Assembly (NCBI GenBank): GCA_947593925.1
Contig: CANQDU010000001.1
Location: forward strand, 141,188 to 205,187
Length of the DNA: 64,000 nt
Direction: 5' to 3'
DNA from: an uncultured Clostridia bacterium
GTDB taxonomy: Bacteria > Bacillota > Clostridia > Oscillospirales > JAAYOS01
The notes under the pieces are model-generated. The model had not been told where the DNA came from, did not search any database, and saw nothing but the letters and a program-made list of their open reading frames with translations. The first letter of the stretch is position 1; the number at the start of each line of letters is the position of its first letter. A program made the translations under genes and the position numbers. Positions 35,798-45,666 of the stretch are shown piece after piece.

Positions 35798-35932
35798 ATG
35801 AAACGTACCTATCAGCCCAAGAAGCGTCAGCGTTCCCGCGAGCACGGCTTCCGCAAGCGCATGGCTACCGCCAACGGCCGCAAGGTTCTCGCCAGCCGCC
35901 GCGCGAAGGGTCGCGCGCGTCTCACGCACTAA
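35798..35932 (+). CDS. rpmH: 50S ribosomal protein L34
   Basis: It is not in the ORF track (44 aa). The translation is [44 protein letters not shown], with an AAGGAGG RBS at 35781-87. Confidence 0.92.
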   Translation: MKRTYQPKKRQRSREHGFRKRMATANGRKVLASRRAKGRARLTH

Positions 35933-35935
35933 AGC

Positions 35936-36310
35936 TTGCTTCATACCGAATCGTTAAAGGAAAATCACGAGTTCCGAAGGCTGTACTACCGGGGCAAGTG
36001 CGCGTCCGGACGCGCGATGGCGGTGTACTGCCTCAAAAACAGATGCGGCTGCAACCGTCTCGGCCTCACGGTCGGGGCGAAGCTCGGCTGCGCCGTCGAG
36101 CGCAACCGTGTCCGCCGCAGACTGCGCGAGTGTTACCGCGCCGTCGAGCCCGAACTGAAGCTCGGGTATGACGTCGTCATCGTAGCGCGGAGCCGCGCCG
36201 TCGGTCTGGAATTCGGAAAGCTCGGGGCGGAGCTTTCCCGCGCGTTTGCCTCGCTCGGGCTTTTTCGCGCGCCGCAAAACGGCAAAGTCGATGAAGAAGG
36301 TCATGCTTAA
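35936..36310 (+). CDS. rnpA: Ribonuclease P protein component
   Basis: [11 protein letters not shown]...[24 protein letters not shown] is the RnpA signature. A TTG start lies 3 nt after the rpmH stop. Confidence 0.8.
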   Translation: MLHTESLKENHEFRRLYYRGKCASGRAMAVYCLKNRCGCNRLGLTVGAKLGCAVERNRVRRRLRECYRAVEPELKLGYDVVIVARSRAVGLEFGKLGAELSRAFASLGLFRAPQNGKVDEEGHA

Positions 36311-36500
36311 AGCCATTTCCTTTTACAGGAAATATATCTCGCCCATGAAGCCGCCCTGCTGCCGGTTCATCCCGACCTGCTCTCAGTACGCTATGGAGGC
36401 GATCGAGAAATACGGAGCGCTGAAGGGCGGCTGGCTTGCTTTGCGCCGGATACTGAAGTGCCACCCCTTCCACAAGGGCGGCTACGACCCGGTTCCGTAA
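36291..36500 (+). CDS. yidD: Membrane protein insertion efficiency factor YidD
   Basis: [31 protein letters not shown] is present. The start is at the ATG at 36291 and overlaps the rnpA end. Confidence 0.85.
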   Translation: MKKVMLKAISFYRKYISPMKPPCCRFIPTCSQYAMEAIEKYGALKGGWLALRRILKCHPFHKGGYDPVP

Positions 36501-36572
36501 CGCGTGACCGCGCGGACCCTATCGGAAGGGCCGCAAACCACGGGGAGAGATCCCCCCTACGGAGGTTTAACC

Positions 36573-37661
36573 GTGTGGACATCAATTCTTAACGGGCTAG
36601 GCTGGTGTCTGCTCAAGCTGTGCCAGCTTGTGGACAACTACGGCCTTGCCATCATACTCTTTACCATCCTGTCGAAGGTAATACTTCTCCCCTTCGCCAT
36701 GAAGAGCAAGAAGGGTATGATGAAAATGACCGCCTTCACCCCGAAGATGAAGGCGCTCGAGGAGAAGTACAAAAACGACAAGGACCGCTACAACGTCGAG
36801 ATACAGAAGCTCTACAAGGAGGAGAAGGTCAACCCCATGGGCGGCTGCCTGTGGACGCTGCTCCCCTTCCCGATACTGATAGCGCTGTACGGCGTGCTCC
36901 GTCTGCCGCTCACGCACATGTTCTACCTCAGCGCGGGCGAGGTCAGCACGCTCTCGAGCTTCCTTTCCGGCATCGGCGCTGCGTTCGACCCCGCGACGGT
37001 CGCCGCAAACCAGCTCCCTCTTGTCGATGCGATAAACGCGAATTTCGACAAGGTCCAGCAGTTCCTGCCCGACATAGCGGCAAAGCTCTCGAACATCAAC
37101 CTCGATTTCTTCGGCATCAGCCTTGCCACGGTACCGAACTGGCAGTACCTCAACGTCTACTGGTTCCTGCCGATACTCTCCGCCGCCGCTTCGTGGTTCT
37201 CGAGCTTCATCCTCCAGAGGATGCAGGGAGTCCAACAGCAGCAGCAACAGCAGGGCTCGATGAAGTTCATGGTCTGGATGGGCCCCATCATCTCGCTTAT
37301 GATAGGCTACAGCTGGCCCTCCGCCATGAGTATCTACTGGATAGCAAACTCGCTCATCTCCACGCTTCAGGAGGCGCTGCTCACCCTCTACTACCGCAAG
37401 AAGCTGAACCTCAAGAGCCCCAAGCAGCTCCGTGAGGAAGAGGAGGCCGCCAAGGCCGAGGCAAAGCGCCGCGCCGAAGAGCGCGCGGAGCGGCTCGAGC
37501 GTCTCCGCACCGAGGGACCTCAGCAGCAGAACCGTTCCAACATGTCGTCCAAGAAGTACCGTCAGCTCAAGGCACAGCAGCAGCACAAGACCGAAAAACC
37601 GGCGCTGCGCGGCCCGGAGCTCACGGACGACAAGCCGGACGACGATGAAGAAAAGGAGTAA
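36573..37661 (+). CDS. yidC: YidC/Oxa1 family membrane protein insertase with long charged C-terminal tail
   Basis: NYGLAIILFTILSKVILLPF...KVNPMGGCL is present. A GTG start at 36573 lies 8 nt after GGAGG. Confidence 0.8.
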   Translation: MWTSILNGLGWCLLKLCQLVDNYGLAIILFTILSKVILLPFAMKSKKGMMKMTAFTPKMKALEEKYKNDKDRYNVEIQKLYKEEKVNPMGGCLWTLLPFPILIALYGVLRLPLTHMFYLSAGEVSTLSSFLSGIGAAFDPATVAANQLPLVDAINANFDKVQQFLPDIAAKLSNINLDFFGISLATVPNWQYLNVYWFLPILSAAASWFSSFILQRMQGVQQQQQQQGSMKFMVWMGPIISLMIGYSWPSAMSIYWIANSLISTLQEALLTLYYRKKLNLKSPKQLREEEEAAKAEAKRRAEERAERLERLRTEGPQQQNRSNMSSKKYRQLKAQQQHKTEKPALRGPELTDDKPDDDEEKE

Positions 37662-37668
37662 ACAGAGA

Positions 37669-38736
37669 ATGACAAGATCAGTCGAAGCCACCGGAAAAAC
37701 TATCGAAGACGCGATAGAAAGCGCATATTCGATGCTCGGGGTCTCGCGCGACGAGGCGGATGTCACGATAGAGGTCGTCGCGCGGCCGAAGAGCGGCTTT
37801 CTCGGCATAGGCGCGTCGCCCGCAAAGGTGCGCGCCACGTATGATGACGGCGTCGAGGAAGCTCCCGCCGTACCGTCGCCCGCGCCGGAGCTCCGCACCG
37901 AGCCCGCAAAGTCGGAGCCGAAGCCTCAGCCGCAGCGCCGTCCGCGCGAGCCGAAGCCCGAGGCAAAGCAGGAGCGCGAGCCGAAACCGGAGCGCGAGCC
38001 GAAGCCGCACCGCGAACCGAAGCCAGAGCAGCCCCGCCGCGAGCAGCGTCCCGCGCAGGAGCATCAGGCGTCCGCTCCCGCGCAGGAGCACGCCGAGCAC
38101 GAGGAGAAGATACCGAACGTCTCCATGGAGGAGCTCGAGGCTCGACGCGCGCGCGCCGAGGAGTTCCTGAAGGGACTGCTCGAGCGTATGGGCGCGGAGG
38201 CAAACGTCACCTCCGAGATACGCGAGGAGAACAAGAGCATCGCGATAAATCTCGACGGAGAGAACGTCGGCATGCTGATAGGCCGCCGCGGAGAGACTCT
38301 CGGCGCCATACAGCACATCACCGGCTACATGGCAAACAAGGGCTCGAGCGAGCGCGTCCGCGTCGTCGTCGATGCGGAGGGCTACCGCTCCAAGCGCGAG
38401 GACGCGCTTCGCGGGCTTGCGCACCGCACCGCGATGAAGGCCGTCCGTATGCGCCGCAACATCACTCTCGAGCCGATGAACGCCTACGAGCGTCACGTCA
38501 TACACACCGCCCTCCAGGAGTGGCGGGACGTCAGCACCTTCTCGACCGGCGCGGAACCGCGCCGCGCGGTCGTCGTCGCCTACACCCCCGGCGGCGGCAA
38601 GGGCGAAAAGCGCGAGAGGAACGACCGCCGTGACGACCGCGACCGCCGCGATCGCCGCGACCGTCCGCGCCGCGACTCTGCGCCCGCGCAGCCGCGTCCG
38701 AAGAGCGAACCCCTGCCCGAGCAGGTCTGGGAGTAA
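37669..38736 (+). CDS. jag: Jag/KhpB-type RNA-binding protein (Jag_N + KH + R3H) with low-complexity insert
   Basis: The N-terminus GKTIEDAIESA..LGV, GRRGETLGAIQHI (KH) and EPMNAYERHVIHTAL (R3H) are present. An EPKP-rich repeat is inserted after Jag_N. Confidence 0.8.
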   Translation: MTRSVEATGKTIEDAIESAYSMLGVSRDEADVTIEVVARPKSGFLGIGASPAKVRATYDDGVEEAPAVPSPAPELRTEPAKSEPKPQPQRRPREPKPEAKQEREPKPEREPKPHREPKPEQPRREQRPAQEHQASAPAQEHAEHEEKIPNVSMEELEARRARAEEFLKGLLERMGAEANVTSEIREENKSIAINLDGENVGMLIGRRGETLGAIQHITGYMANKGSSERVRVVVDAEGYRSKREDALRGLAHRTAMKAVRMRRNITLEPMNAYERHVIHTALQEWRDVSTFSTGAEPRRAVVVAYTPGGGKGEKRERNDRRDDRDRRDRRDRPRRDSAPAQPRPKSEPLPEQVWE

Positions 38737-38738
38737 TT

Positions 38739-38787
38739 CTCACGGGGAACAGTTCGCGGGTAAAGCCCGCGAACTGTTCCCCGTGAG
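38739..38787 (+). repeat. Stop-proximal long hairpin (first module of composite R6), 3 nt after the jag stop
   Basis: The sequence is ctcacggggaacagttcgcggg-taaa-gcccgcgaactgttccccgtgag. Confidence 0.75.
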
Positions 38788-39105
38788 GCCGCCGGACAGA
38801 GCGGAGCTCTGCCGGCGGCAACGCTACGCTACGCGCCGAGTTTTCCGCCTTCGGCGGAAAATCGACGCACGCTCCGCGAGAGGTGTAAATTTCGCCGTAC
38901 ACGCCGCCGAAATTTACGGATTTGAATTTATTTCGCGCCAAAGGTGCGAAACTCTGCGAGGCTTGATTGCACTGTCCGCGCCGGTTCGCGCGGTGCGGCT
39001 TTGCCACTCGAAGCGCACTGCATACTGCACTATGTCGGGGAGTTGGCGCGCAGTTCACGGGCTTATCGAACAGCCGAAGCGGAGCCCCGTGCGGGCTTCG
39101 CTTTT
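38788..39105 (+). repeat. Remainder of composite R6 (module C 38788-38819, D-like, E short 38878-38963, partial F-type hairpin, terminal hairpin)
   Basis: The shared strings gccgccggacag..ctgccggcggc, gagaggtgtaaatttcgcc, atttcgcgccaaaggtgcgaaactctgcgaggct and ccgcgccggttcgcgcgg are all present. Confidence 0.7.
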
Positions 39106-39134
39106 CACATTCTTTATTTTGGGAGGAACAAAAA

Positions 39135-39959
39135 ATGGCACTTGTCAACATGAACTTTCAGAGTCAGTACCTCGGCGTCAACCACGAGATAAGCGTGATC
39201 CTGCCCGACCGCCCGTGGCAGACGGACGCGAAGGACTTCTACACCTCCGGCAAAAAGTACCCCGTCCTCTACCTGCTTCACGGAACCTTCGGCGACCACA
39301 CCGACTGGATACGCAAGTCGAACATCGAGCTCTACGCCTGTGAAAACGACCTCATCGTCGTCATGCCGAGCGGCCTCAACGCCAACTACTCCAACTGGCC
39401 GACCTTCGCCCTCGGCTACGACATGTACTCCTATCTCACCGAGGAGCTTATGCCGATGATAGAGAACTGGTTCCCCGCAAGCAATAAGCGCGAGGACACC
39501 TTCATCGCCGGTCTCTCGATGGGCGGCGGCGGAGCGATACTCTACGCCGCGCAGCACCCCGAGAAGTTCGGCGGCTGCGCCGTCCTCTCCTCCGCGCCGA
39601 GAAATATCGAGAAGTACCGCGAGATAGACATAACGACGCTTGACAAGCGCACGCAGAACGCCATAGCGAACGCCGGCGGTCTCGACGAATACATCAACTC
39701 GGTCTCGAACAGCTGGCGCGCCGTCACCGAGCTCGCGGGCACCGGCAAGCTGCCGAAGCTCTACTTCGCGTGCGGGCTTGACGATATGCTCCTGCCCGTC
39801 TACACGACCTTCAAGGAGCACGCTCTGAAGATAGGCCTCGACGCGAAGTTCGAGGAATTCGAGGGCTACAAGCACGAGTGGCGGTTCTGGGATCTCACGA
39901 TACAGCGCGCGCTCGCGTACTTCGGGTTCTCCTCCCGCGACTGCGGCAATCCGTTCTGA
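39135..39959 (+). CDS. Esterase family alpha/beta hydrolase (esterase D / tributyrin esterase-like)
   Basis: PVLYLLHG...DW and GLSMGGGGA (GxSxG) are present. A GGGAGG RBS is at 39121. Confidence 0.75.
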   Translation: MALVNMNFQSQYLGVNHEISVILPDRPWQTDAKDFYTSGKKYPVLYLLHGTFGDHTDWIRKSNIELYACENDLIVVMPSGLNANYSNWPTFALGYDMYSYLTEELMPMIENWFPASNKREDTFIAGLSMGGGGAILYAAQHPEKFGGCAVLSSAPRNIEKYREIDITTLDKRTQNAIANAGGLDEYINSVSNSWRAVTELAGTGKLPKLYFACGLDDMLLPVYTTFKEHALKIGLDAKFEEFEGYKHEWRFWDLTIQRALAYFGFSSRDCGNPF

Positions 39960-40127
39960 TTTTACCGCCGCGCAAGGCGTTTCGGGCGCATTTCGCCATC
40001 CCAGCCGAACCATGGACAATTCTTCGACCGTCAGCGATTTGTGCCCGAGCTTCGGGCACAAATCTTTTTTGTCCGCGTTTTTTTAGTTTTTTGATTATCA
40101 TATATAAGCATTGAGAGGTGTTCGCCC

Positions 40128-41138
40128 ATGAAAAAATCTACAGGCAAGCTGCTAATGATAACCGGCGCGGTGATAGGCGCGTCCGCCGTCGCGGCGGCGA
40201 CGTCGTTTGCCGCGACGAAATATCTTATGAAGGTCGCGCTCGACCGCGAGGCGCCGAAGGCGCCGAAGGGCGCCGACCGTCTTATCGCCGGCAGTATGGA
40301 GGACAACGCCTTCCTCGCCGCGCTCACAAGCGCGGGGGAACGCCTCCGCGCGCGGGAGCACGAGACCGTCGAGATAACCGCGCACGACGGCACTCTGCTC
40401 GTCGGCCACTGGATGCCCTGTGCCTTCCCCAAGCGCATATTGATAGCCATGCACGGCTGGCGCTCCTCGTGGTACCACGACTTCGGCACCATGGCCGACT
40501 TCTGGCGGGAGAACGGGTGCAGCGTCCTCTACGCGGAGGAGCGCGGTCAGGGCGGCAGCGGCGGCGACTACATGGGCTTCGGCCTCACCGAGCGCTACGA
40601 CTGTCTCGACTGGGTGAACTGGGTAAACGGCCGCTTCGGCACGGAACTCCCGATATACCTCTGCGGCGTGTCGATGGGCGCGGCGGCCGTGCTGATGGCG
40701 GCGGGTCTCGATCTGCCGGCCAATGTCCACGGCATCGGCGCGGACTGCGGCTTCACCTCGCCGGACGCGATATGGCGCCACATCGCAAACGACAACCTGC
40801 ACATCTCCTTCGGTCTGCGTGGGAAGATAGCGGACGAGATCTGCCGCCGCATGATCGACTACGGCTCCGGCGACTACTCGACCACGGAGGCTCTGAAGCA
40901 CACGACCGTCCCGGTGCTGCTGATACACGGTACCGACGACACGTTCGTCCCCGTCGAGATGACCTACGAGAACTACAAGGCGTGCGCTTCCCCGAAGAAG
41001 CTCTTCATCGTCCCCGGCGCGGACCACGGCATGAGCCACTTCGTCGATCCCGAGGGCTACGAGGCGGCGACAAAGGACTTCTGGCGCGAGTTTGACGGCT
41101 ACACCCGCCCCGTCCGCACGGAGGACACGGAGGAATAG
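40128..41138 (+). CDS. Membrane-anchored alpha/beta hydrolase
   Basis: An N-terminal TM helix, HGW, GVSMGAAA (GxSxG) and HGTDD...GADH are present. Confidence 0.75.
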   Translation: MKKSTGKLLMITGAVIGASAVAAATSFAATKYLMKVALDREAPKAPKGADRLIAGSMEDNAFLAALTSAGERLRAREHETVEITAHDGTLLVGHWMPCAFPKRILIAMHGWRSSWYHDFGTMADFWRENGCSVLYAEERGQGGSGGDYMGFGLTERYDCLDWVNWVNGRFGTELPIYLCGVSMGAAAVLMAAGLDLPANVHGIGADCGFTSPDAIWRHIANDNLHISFGLRGKIADEICRRMIDYGSGDYSTTEALKHTTVPVLLIHGTDDTFVPVEMTYENYKACASPKKLFIVPGADHGMSHFVDPEGYEAATKDFWREFDGYTRPVRTEDTEE

Positions 41139-41139
41139 T

Positions 41140-41976
41140 ATGGCAGGAAAGACGATGAACATACTCGTCACGCTTGACGAGAACTACATCCCCCGCCTCA
41201 ATGTGATGCTCTTCACACTCCTCCGCTCCAACCCGGAATATTCGTTCGACGTCTACCTCCTCCACTCCGGCATACGCGAGAGCGCGCTCCGCTCCACCGT
41301 GGAAGTGCTCGGCGGAGCGGGACGTCTCATCCCCACCGAGGCGAGCGGCCTCGCCCTCGAGGACGCGCCGACCACCTCGCGCTATCCCAAGGAGATATAC
41401 TTCCGCATCTTCGCCGCGCGCTTCCTGCCGGACACGCTCGACCGCGTGCTCTACCTCGACCCCGACCTCGTCGTCGCGGGGTCGCTCGCGGAGCTGTACA
41501 ACATGCCGATGGAGAACTACTTCTTCGCGGCGGCGAGCCACACCGGCAATCTGCTCCGGAGGATGAACACGCTCCGCCTCGACATGGACGAGGAGAGCCC
41601 CTACATAAACTCCGGCGTGATGCTGATGAACCTCGCGCTCCTGCGCCGCGAGCAGAACTACGAGGACGTGTTTGACTTCATCGAGCGGCACAAGAGCATC
41701 CTCGTGCTGCCCGACCAGGACATCATCAGCGGCCTCTACGGAAGCCGCATATACTCGCTCGACCCCTTCCGCTACAACATGACCGAGCGGCTGTTCCTTC
41801 TGCACGCGCCGTTTGAGCGCGGCCTCGACCTCGACTGGGTGCGGAAAAACTCGCTCATCATCCACTACTGCGGCCGCAACAAGCCTTGGAAGGAGAACTA
41901 CTTCGGCGAGCTCGACGTGTTCTACCGCGAGGCGGAGGATCTTCTCCGCACGGAGCACCCGGCGGCGCTCGGGTAG
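41140..41976 (+). CDS. Family 8 glycosyltransferase
   Basis: NILVTLDENY, YLDPDLVV (DxD) and INSGVMLMNL..R are present. The start lies 1 nt after the previous stop. Confidence 0.8.
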   Translation: MAGKTMNILVTLDENYIPRLNVMLFTLLRSNPEYSFDVYLLHSGIRESALRSTVEVLGGAGRLIPTEASGLALEDAPTTSRYPKEIYFRIFAARFLPDTLDRVLYLDPDLVVAGSLAELYNMPMENYFFAAASHTGNLLRRMNTLRLDMDEESPYINSGVMLMNLALLRREQNYEDVFDFIERHKSILVLPDQDIISGLYGSRIYSLDPFRYNMTERLFLLHAPFERGLDLDWVRKNSLIIHYCGRNKPWKENYFGELDVFYREAEDLLRTEHPAALG

Positions 41977-42023
41977 CCGCTTCTTGCGTCGCGTCCCGAC
42001 GGGCTGCCGGTTTTCCGGGACAG

Positions 42024-42055
42024 AAAAAATTCGCCGCTTTCGCGGCGAATTTTTT
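42024..42055. terminator. Bidirectional rho-independent terminator
   Basis: The sequence is aaaaaattcgccgc-tttc-gcggcgaatttttt. Confidence 0.7.
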
Positions 42056-42061
42056 GCCTTC

Positions 42062-42574
42062 TCAAACCGTTTTGTCGTAGGCGACGCGCGGACTTCCCGA
42101 ATAGTAGCATATCCCGCACTCGCGAAAGCCGTTCTTCTCGAGGATGTGGCGCATACGCGCGTTTTGCAGGCCGGTGTCTATCCTGAAAGCGTGTACGCCG
42201 CGCCCGCGGCAAACTTCCTCCACAAGGCGCAGCGCGTCGGAGGCGAGCCCCGTCCCACGGAACCTCGCGGAGACGGCCATGCGGTGTACCACGGCGTACC
42301 GCCCTTGCGTGTGCCACTCCCCCTCGAGCGCGTCGTAAGCGGGCTCGCCGTCAAATGAGAGACAGAGATACCCCGCGAGGGCTCCGTCCGCCGTGAGCGC
42401 GTATCCGTGCCCGGACGCTATGTCCGAACGCACCGAGTCAATGTTCGGGGTGTCGTCCGTCCACTGGACGAAGCCCTGCGCGCGCTGGAACGCGCGCCCG
42501 TCGTCGATTATAGCGGCGTACTCCGCCGCCCTCTCCGCCTCCGCCGGTACGAGGCGGATATCGCCCGCGCTCAT
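42062..42574 (-). CDS. GNAT family N-acetyltransferase
   Basis: An RFRGTGLASDAL (Q/RxxGxG/A-like) acetyl-CoA loop is present. Confidence 0.8.
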   Translation of the reverse strand: MSAGDIRLVPAEAERAAEYAAIIDDGRAFQRAQGFVQWTDDTPNIDSVRSDIASGHGYALTADGALAGYLCLSFDGEPAYDALEGEWHTQGRYAVVHRMAVSARFRGTGLASDALRLVEEVCRGRGVHAFRIDTGLQNARMRHILEKNGFRECGICYYSGSPRVAYDKTV

Positions 42575-43119
42575 TCGAGCGCGAGCGTCATCACGGTCTC
42601 GCCCGTGAGCTTCTTTATCTCGAACTTCTCCCCGTCGTAGACGGCGTAGCTGCCGTAGTCGCAGTCCTTCGGCACCGAGGTCGAGCCGGGGTTGACGAGA
42701 TAGCCGCCGTTTTCGAGCTTCTTTGCCGCCTTGACGTGGGTGTGGCCGTGCAGGAGCACGTCGCCCGCCTTCATCGGCGGAAGATACATTTCGTTGAAGA
42801 TGTGCCCGTGCGTGAGGAAGAGCGTCCGCTTCGGCTCGGAGATCATCGTGAACCCGCCTATGAGCGGGAACTCAAGCACCATCTGGTCTATCTCCGCGTC
42901 GCAGTTGCCGCGGACGCAGATGATATCCTCCTTCATGGCGTTCAGCATCCGCGCGACCTCCATCGGGCCGTGACCCTCGGGAAGCGGGTTCCTCGGGCCG
43001 TGATAGAGAATGTCGCCGAGCAGGACGAGCTTATCCGCCTTCTCCTCCCGGTACCTTATCACGAGCTCACGGCAGCGGTCGGCGGAGCCGTGTATGTCAG
43101 AACCTATGACGAGCTTCAT
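42571..43119 (-). CDS. YfcE-type metallophosphoesterase (phosphodiesterase)
   Basis: The SDIHGS, GDILYHGPRN, GNCD and THGH motifs are present. Confidence 0.8.
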   Translation of the reverse strand: MKLVIGSDIHGSADRCRELVIRYREEKADKLVLLGDILYHGPRNPLPEGHGPMEVARMLNAMKEDIICVRGNCDAEIDQMVLEFPLIGGFTMISEPKRTLFLTHGHIFNEMYLPPMKAGDVLLHGHTHVKAAKKLENGGYLVNPGSTSVPKDCDYGSYAVYDGEKFEIKKLTGETVMTLALE

Positions 43120-43146
43120 AAAAACACACCTTTCAGCGTATATTTG

Positions 43147-44133
43147 TCATTTTTCGCGGGTAAAGACGCGAACTGTCGCTTTTTTCCCGCCGACGAGAGT
43201 GTCCGCGCGCCGCAACATCTTCCATCCCTCCGGCATCAGCGCCTCGAGGTCGAGGTCCCGCGCCGTGAGCACCGCCATCCGCCCGGAGGACTTCAGCACG
43301 CGGGAAGCCTCTCCGAGCGCGTCGTGGTAGAGCTCCGCGAGCGACGCCGCGTCGGTCTCCCGGAACAGTCCCCACGGCGGGTCGGTGAGTACGAGATCGA
43401 CCGAGCCGTCCTCAAACGGGAGACGCCGCGCGTCCCCGCAGACGACCTTCGCGCCGGCCACGGAGGAAAACCGTCTCTCGAGAAACGGTATGAGCGCGCG
43501 TTCGCGCTCCACGCAGAGCGGGCGCACCCCGCGCGCCGTCCTGCATGCGGCGAGCGGCAGAGCGCCGTGCCCCGCGAACGGGTCGAGCACCACGTCGCCG
43601 CTTTTTACGCCCGCAAACTCCGCCGCCATCGCCGCAAGCGACGGGCGGAGCTCGCCCTTCTCCGGCTTCGGCGCGCGCGGGTCGCCGAGAAGCAGTCCGA
43701 AGAAGCCGCCTCCCTCGCTCCTGAGAGCGTACCAGAACTCGACGTCCGCGCCGAGACGGTCGGGACGCAGGCCGGTCGAGCGCGCTATGCCGCGCTCCGC
43801 CGCGTCGAGAAGATACCTCGGGACGCCCTCGAAGCGGTTCGCCCTCGAAAACCTCACGCGGAAGCTCCGCGCGCGGACGCCCTTCGGCAGCGGCGGCGCG
43901 CCGGACGCGCGCACCATCCTTTCAAATGTCGGAAAGCCCTCAAACTCCCGAAAGAGCACAAAGACCCCGGAGAGACAGGGCGCGCCCGCTACCCTTCCGA
44001 CGGGTGCGGCGGAGCCGAAGCGAATAAGCCCCTCCGACACGCTGACGTGTTCCGCCGGCGCGCCGGTCTCACGCGCGACGGCGCGCGCGGCTATGCTCTC
44101 AAACCCGGGTGAAAAAGTCGCCGCAAAGCGCAC
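43147..44133 (-). CDS. THUMP-domain class I SAM-dependent RNA methyltransferase
   Basis: VLDPFAGHGALPL (SAM motif I) and LTDPPWG (motif IV, N-methylase) are present. Confidence 0.75.
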   Translation of the reverse strand: MRFAATFSPGFESIAARAVARETGAPAEHVSVSEGLIRFGSAAPVGRVAGAPCLSGVFVLFREFEGFPTFERMVRASGAPPLPKGVRARSFRVRFSRANRFEGVPRYLLDAAERGIARSTGLRPDRLGADVEFWYALRSEGGGFFGLLLGDPRAPKPEKGELRPSLAAMAAEFAGVKSGDVVLDPFAGHGALPLAACRTARGVRPLCVERERALIPFLERRFSSVAGAKVVCGDARRLPFEDGSVDLVLTDPPWGLFRETDAASLAELYHDALGEASRVLKSSGRMAVLTARDLDLEALMPEGWKMLRRADTLVGGKKATVRVFTREK

Positions 44134-44318
44134 CGCGCTCCCCCCTTCTCCGCGTATACTGCCATTTTAGCCCATAGTCCGAAAAAATGCAAGAAGTACC
44201 TGCGTTTTATCCGATTTTTCTTGGCGTCCGGCGTCGGGATAAAGTATAATTTTAATAGATGAATTTCATTCTCAGCGAATGGCAAACACACTATCCTTTT
44301 CCAAGGAGCGGATATACG

Positions 44319-45602
44319 ATGATGACCGCAAACGAACTCCTGCGCGCGCTTGAGAGCGGCTCGCTTGACGGGACTCTCGCCGCCGCGCAGACCGCCCACG
44401 GCAGCTTCTCCGCACCGAGCGGGCGCGCCGCCGCGCTCACCCGGCTGTTTATCGAGTCCTACGGCGGCGACCGCGAGGTCTCGCTTATCAGCGTCCCCGG
44501 GCGCACCGAGCTCGGCGGCAACCACACCGACCATCAGCGCGGGCGCGTGCTCGCGGCGAGCGTGGATATGGACATCCTCGCCGTCGTCTCGCCGTCCGAG
44601 GAGCCGCTCGTGCGTCTCAGGTCGGTAGGCTTCAGCCGCGAGGACCGCGTCTCGCTCGACGACCTCACGCCGAAAGCCGAGGAGGAGAGCCACTCCCCCT
44701 CGCTCATACGCGGTATAGCCAGATGGTTTTCCGACCGCGGGCTCCCCGTGCGCGGCTTTGACGCATACACGCAGAGCGAGGTCCCGCCGGGAAGCGGGCT
44801 CAGCTCGTCCGCGGCGTTCGAGGTCGCTGTCGGCGCGGCGTTCCGTGCCGTCGGCGGAGCGGACATAGACAACGTAGAGCTCGCGAAGGCCGGTCAGTAC
44901 GCCGAGAACGTGTTCTTCGGCAAGCCCTGCGGACTTCTTGACCAGACCGCCTGCGCGCACGGCGGCGTCGTCGCGATGGACTTCATAGACCCCTCCTCGC
45001 CCGAGATAGCCGGTGCGGAGCTTGACCTTGCGCGGCTCGGCTACGCGCTCTGCATCACTCTCACCGGCGGACACCACGCCGACCTCACCGACGACTACGC
45101 CGCCGTTCCCGCCGAGATGAAAGCGGTCGCGGCGGAGTTCGGCGCGGACGCGCTCCGCTCGGTGGACGAGGCGGAGTTCTACGCGCGGCTCGGTGAGCTC
45201 CGCGAGAAGCTCGGCGACCGTCCCCTGCTCCGCGCGATACACTTCTTCGGCGAGAACGCGCGCGTGAGCGACCTCGCCCGCGCGCTTCACGGCGGCGACT
45301 TTGACGAGTACCTCCGTCTCGTGCGCGAGAGCGGAAGGAGCTCGTGGGAGCTGCTCCAGAACGTATTCAGTCCCACCGCGCCGGGTGAACAGGGCGTGTC
45401 CCTCGCGCTCGCGTTGAGCGAGAAGGTGCTTGCGGGCAAGGGCGCGTGCCGCGTCCACGGCGGCGGCTTTGCCGGGACCATACAGGCGTACGTCCCGCTT
45501 GACAAGGTGGCGGAGTACAGCGCCGCGATGGCCTCCGTATTCGGAGAGGGCGCGTGCCGCGTGCTTTCGATACGCGCGAAGGGCGCGTGCGTCATAGCCT
45601 GA
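44319..45602 (+). CDS. galK: Galactokinase family protein (GHMP kinase)
   Basis: PGRTELGGNHTDH and PPGSGLSSSAA (GHMP motif) are present. An AAGGAG RBS is at 44303. Confidence 0.8.
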   Translation: MMTANELLRALESGSLDGTLAAAQTAHGSFSAPSGRAAALTRLFIESYGGDREVSLISVPGRTELGGNHTDHQRGRVLAASVDMDILAVVSPSEEPLVRLRSVGFSREDRVSLDDLTPKAEEESHSPSLIRGIARWFSDRGLPVRGFDAYTQSEVPPGSGLSSSAAFEVAVGAAFRAVGGADIDNVELAKAGQYAENVFFGKPCGLLDQTACAHGGVVAMDFIDPSSPEIAGAELDLARLGYALCITLTGGHHADLTDDYAAVPAEMKAVAAEFGADALRSVDEAEFYARLGELREKLGDRPLLRAIHFFGENARVSDLARALHGGDFDEYLRLVRESGRSSWELLQNVFSPTAPGEQGVSLALALSEKVLAGKGACRVHGGGFAGTIQAYVPLDKVAEYSAAMASVFGEGACRVLSIRAKGACVIA

Positions 45603-45666
45603 GCATAAAACGGCGGCGCGGCTCGGTCCCGCCGCGAGAAATAAGTTTGAGAGGAGAGCTTGTATT

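Noticed and set aside
36246-36290. An N-terminal extension of yidD, and the longer upstream extensions of yidC (36504) and jag (37432) given in the ORF track.
   Set aside because: Internal starts with good RBS spacing (36291 ATG, 36573 GTG after GGAGG, 37669 ATG) give proteins that begin where the families normally begin. The extensions are low-complexity read-through from the upstream gene frames.
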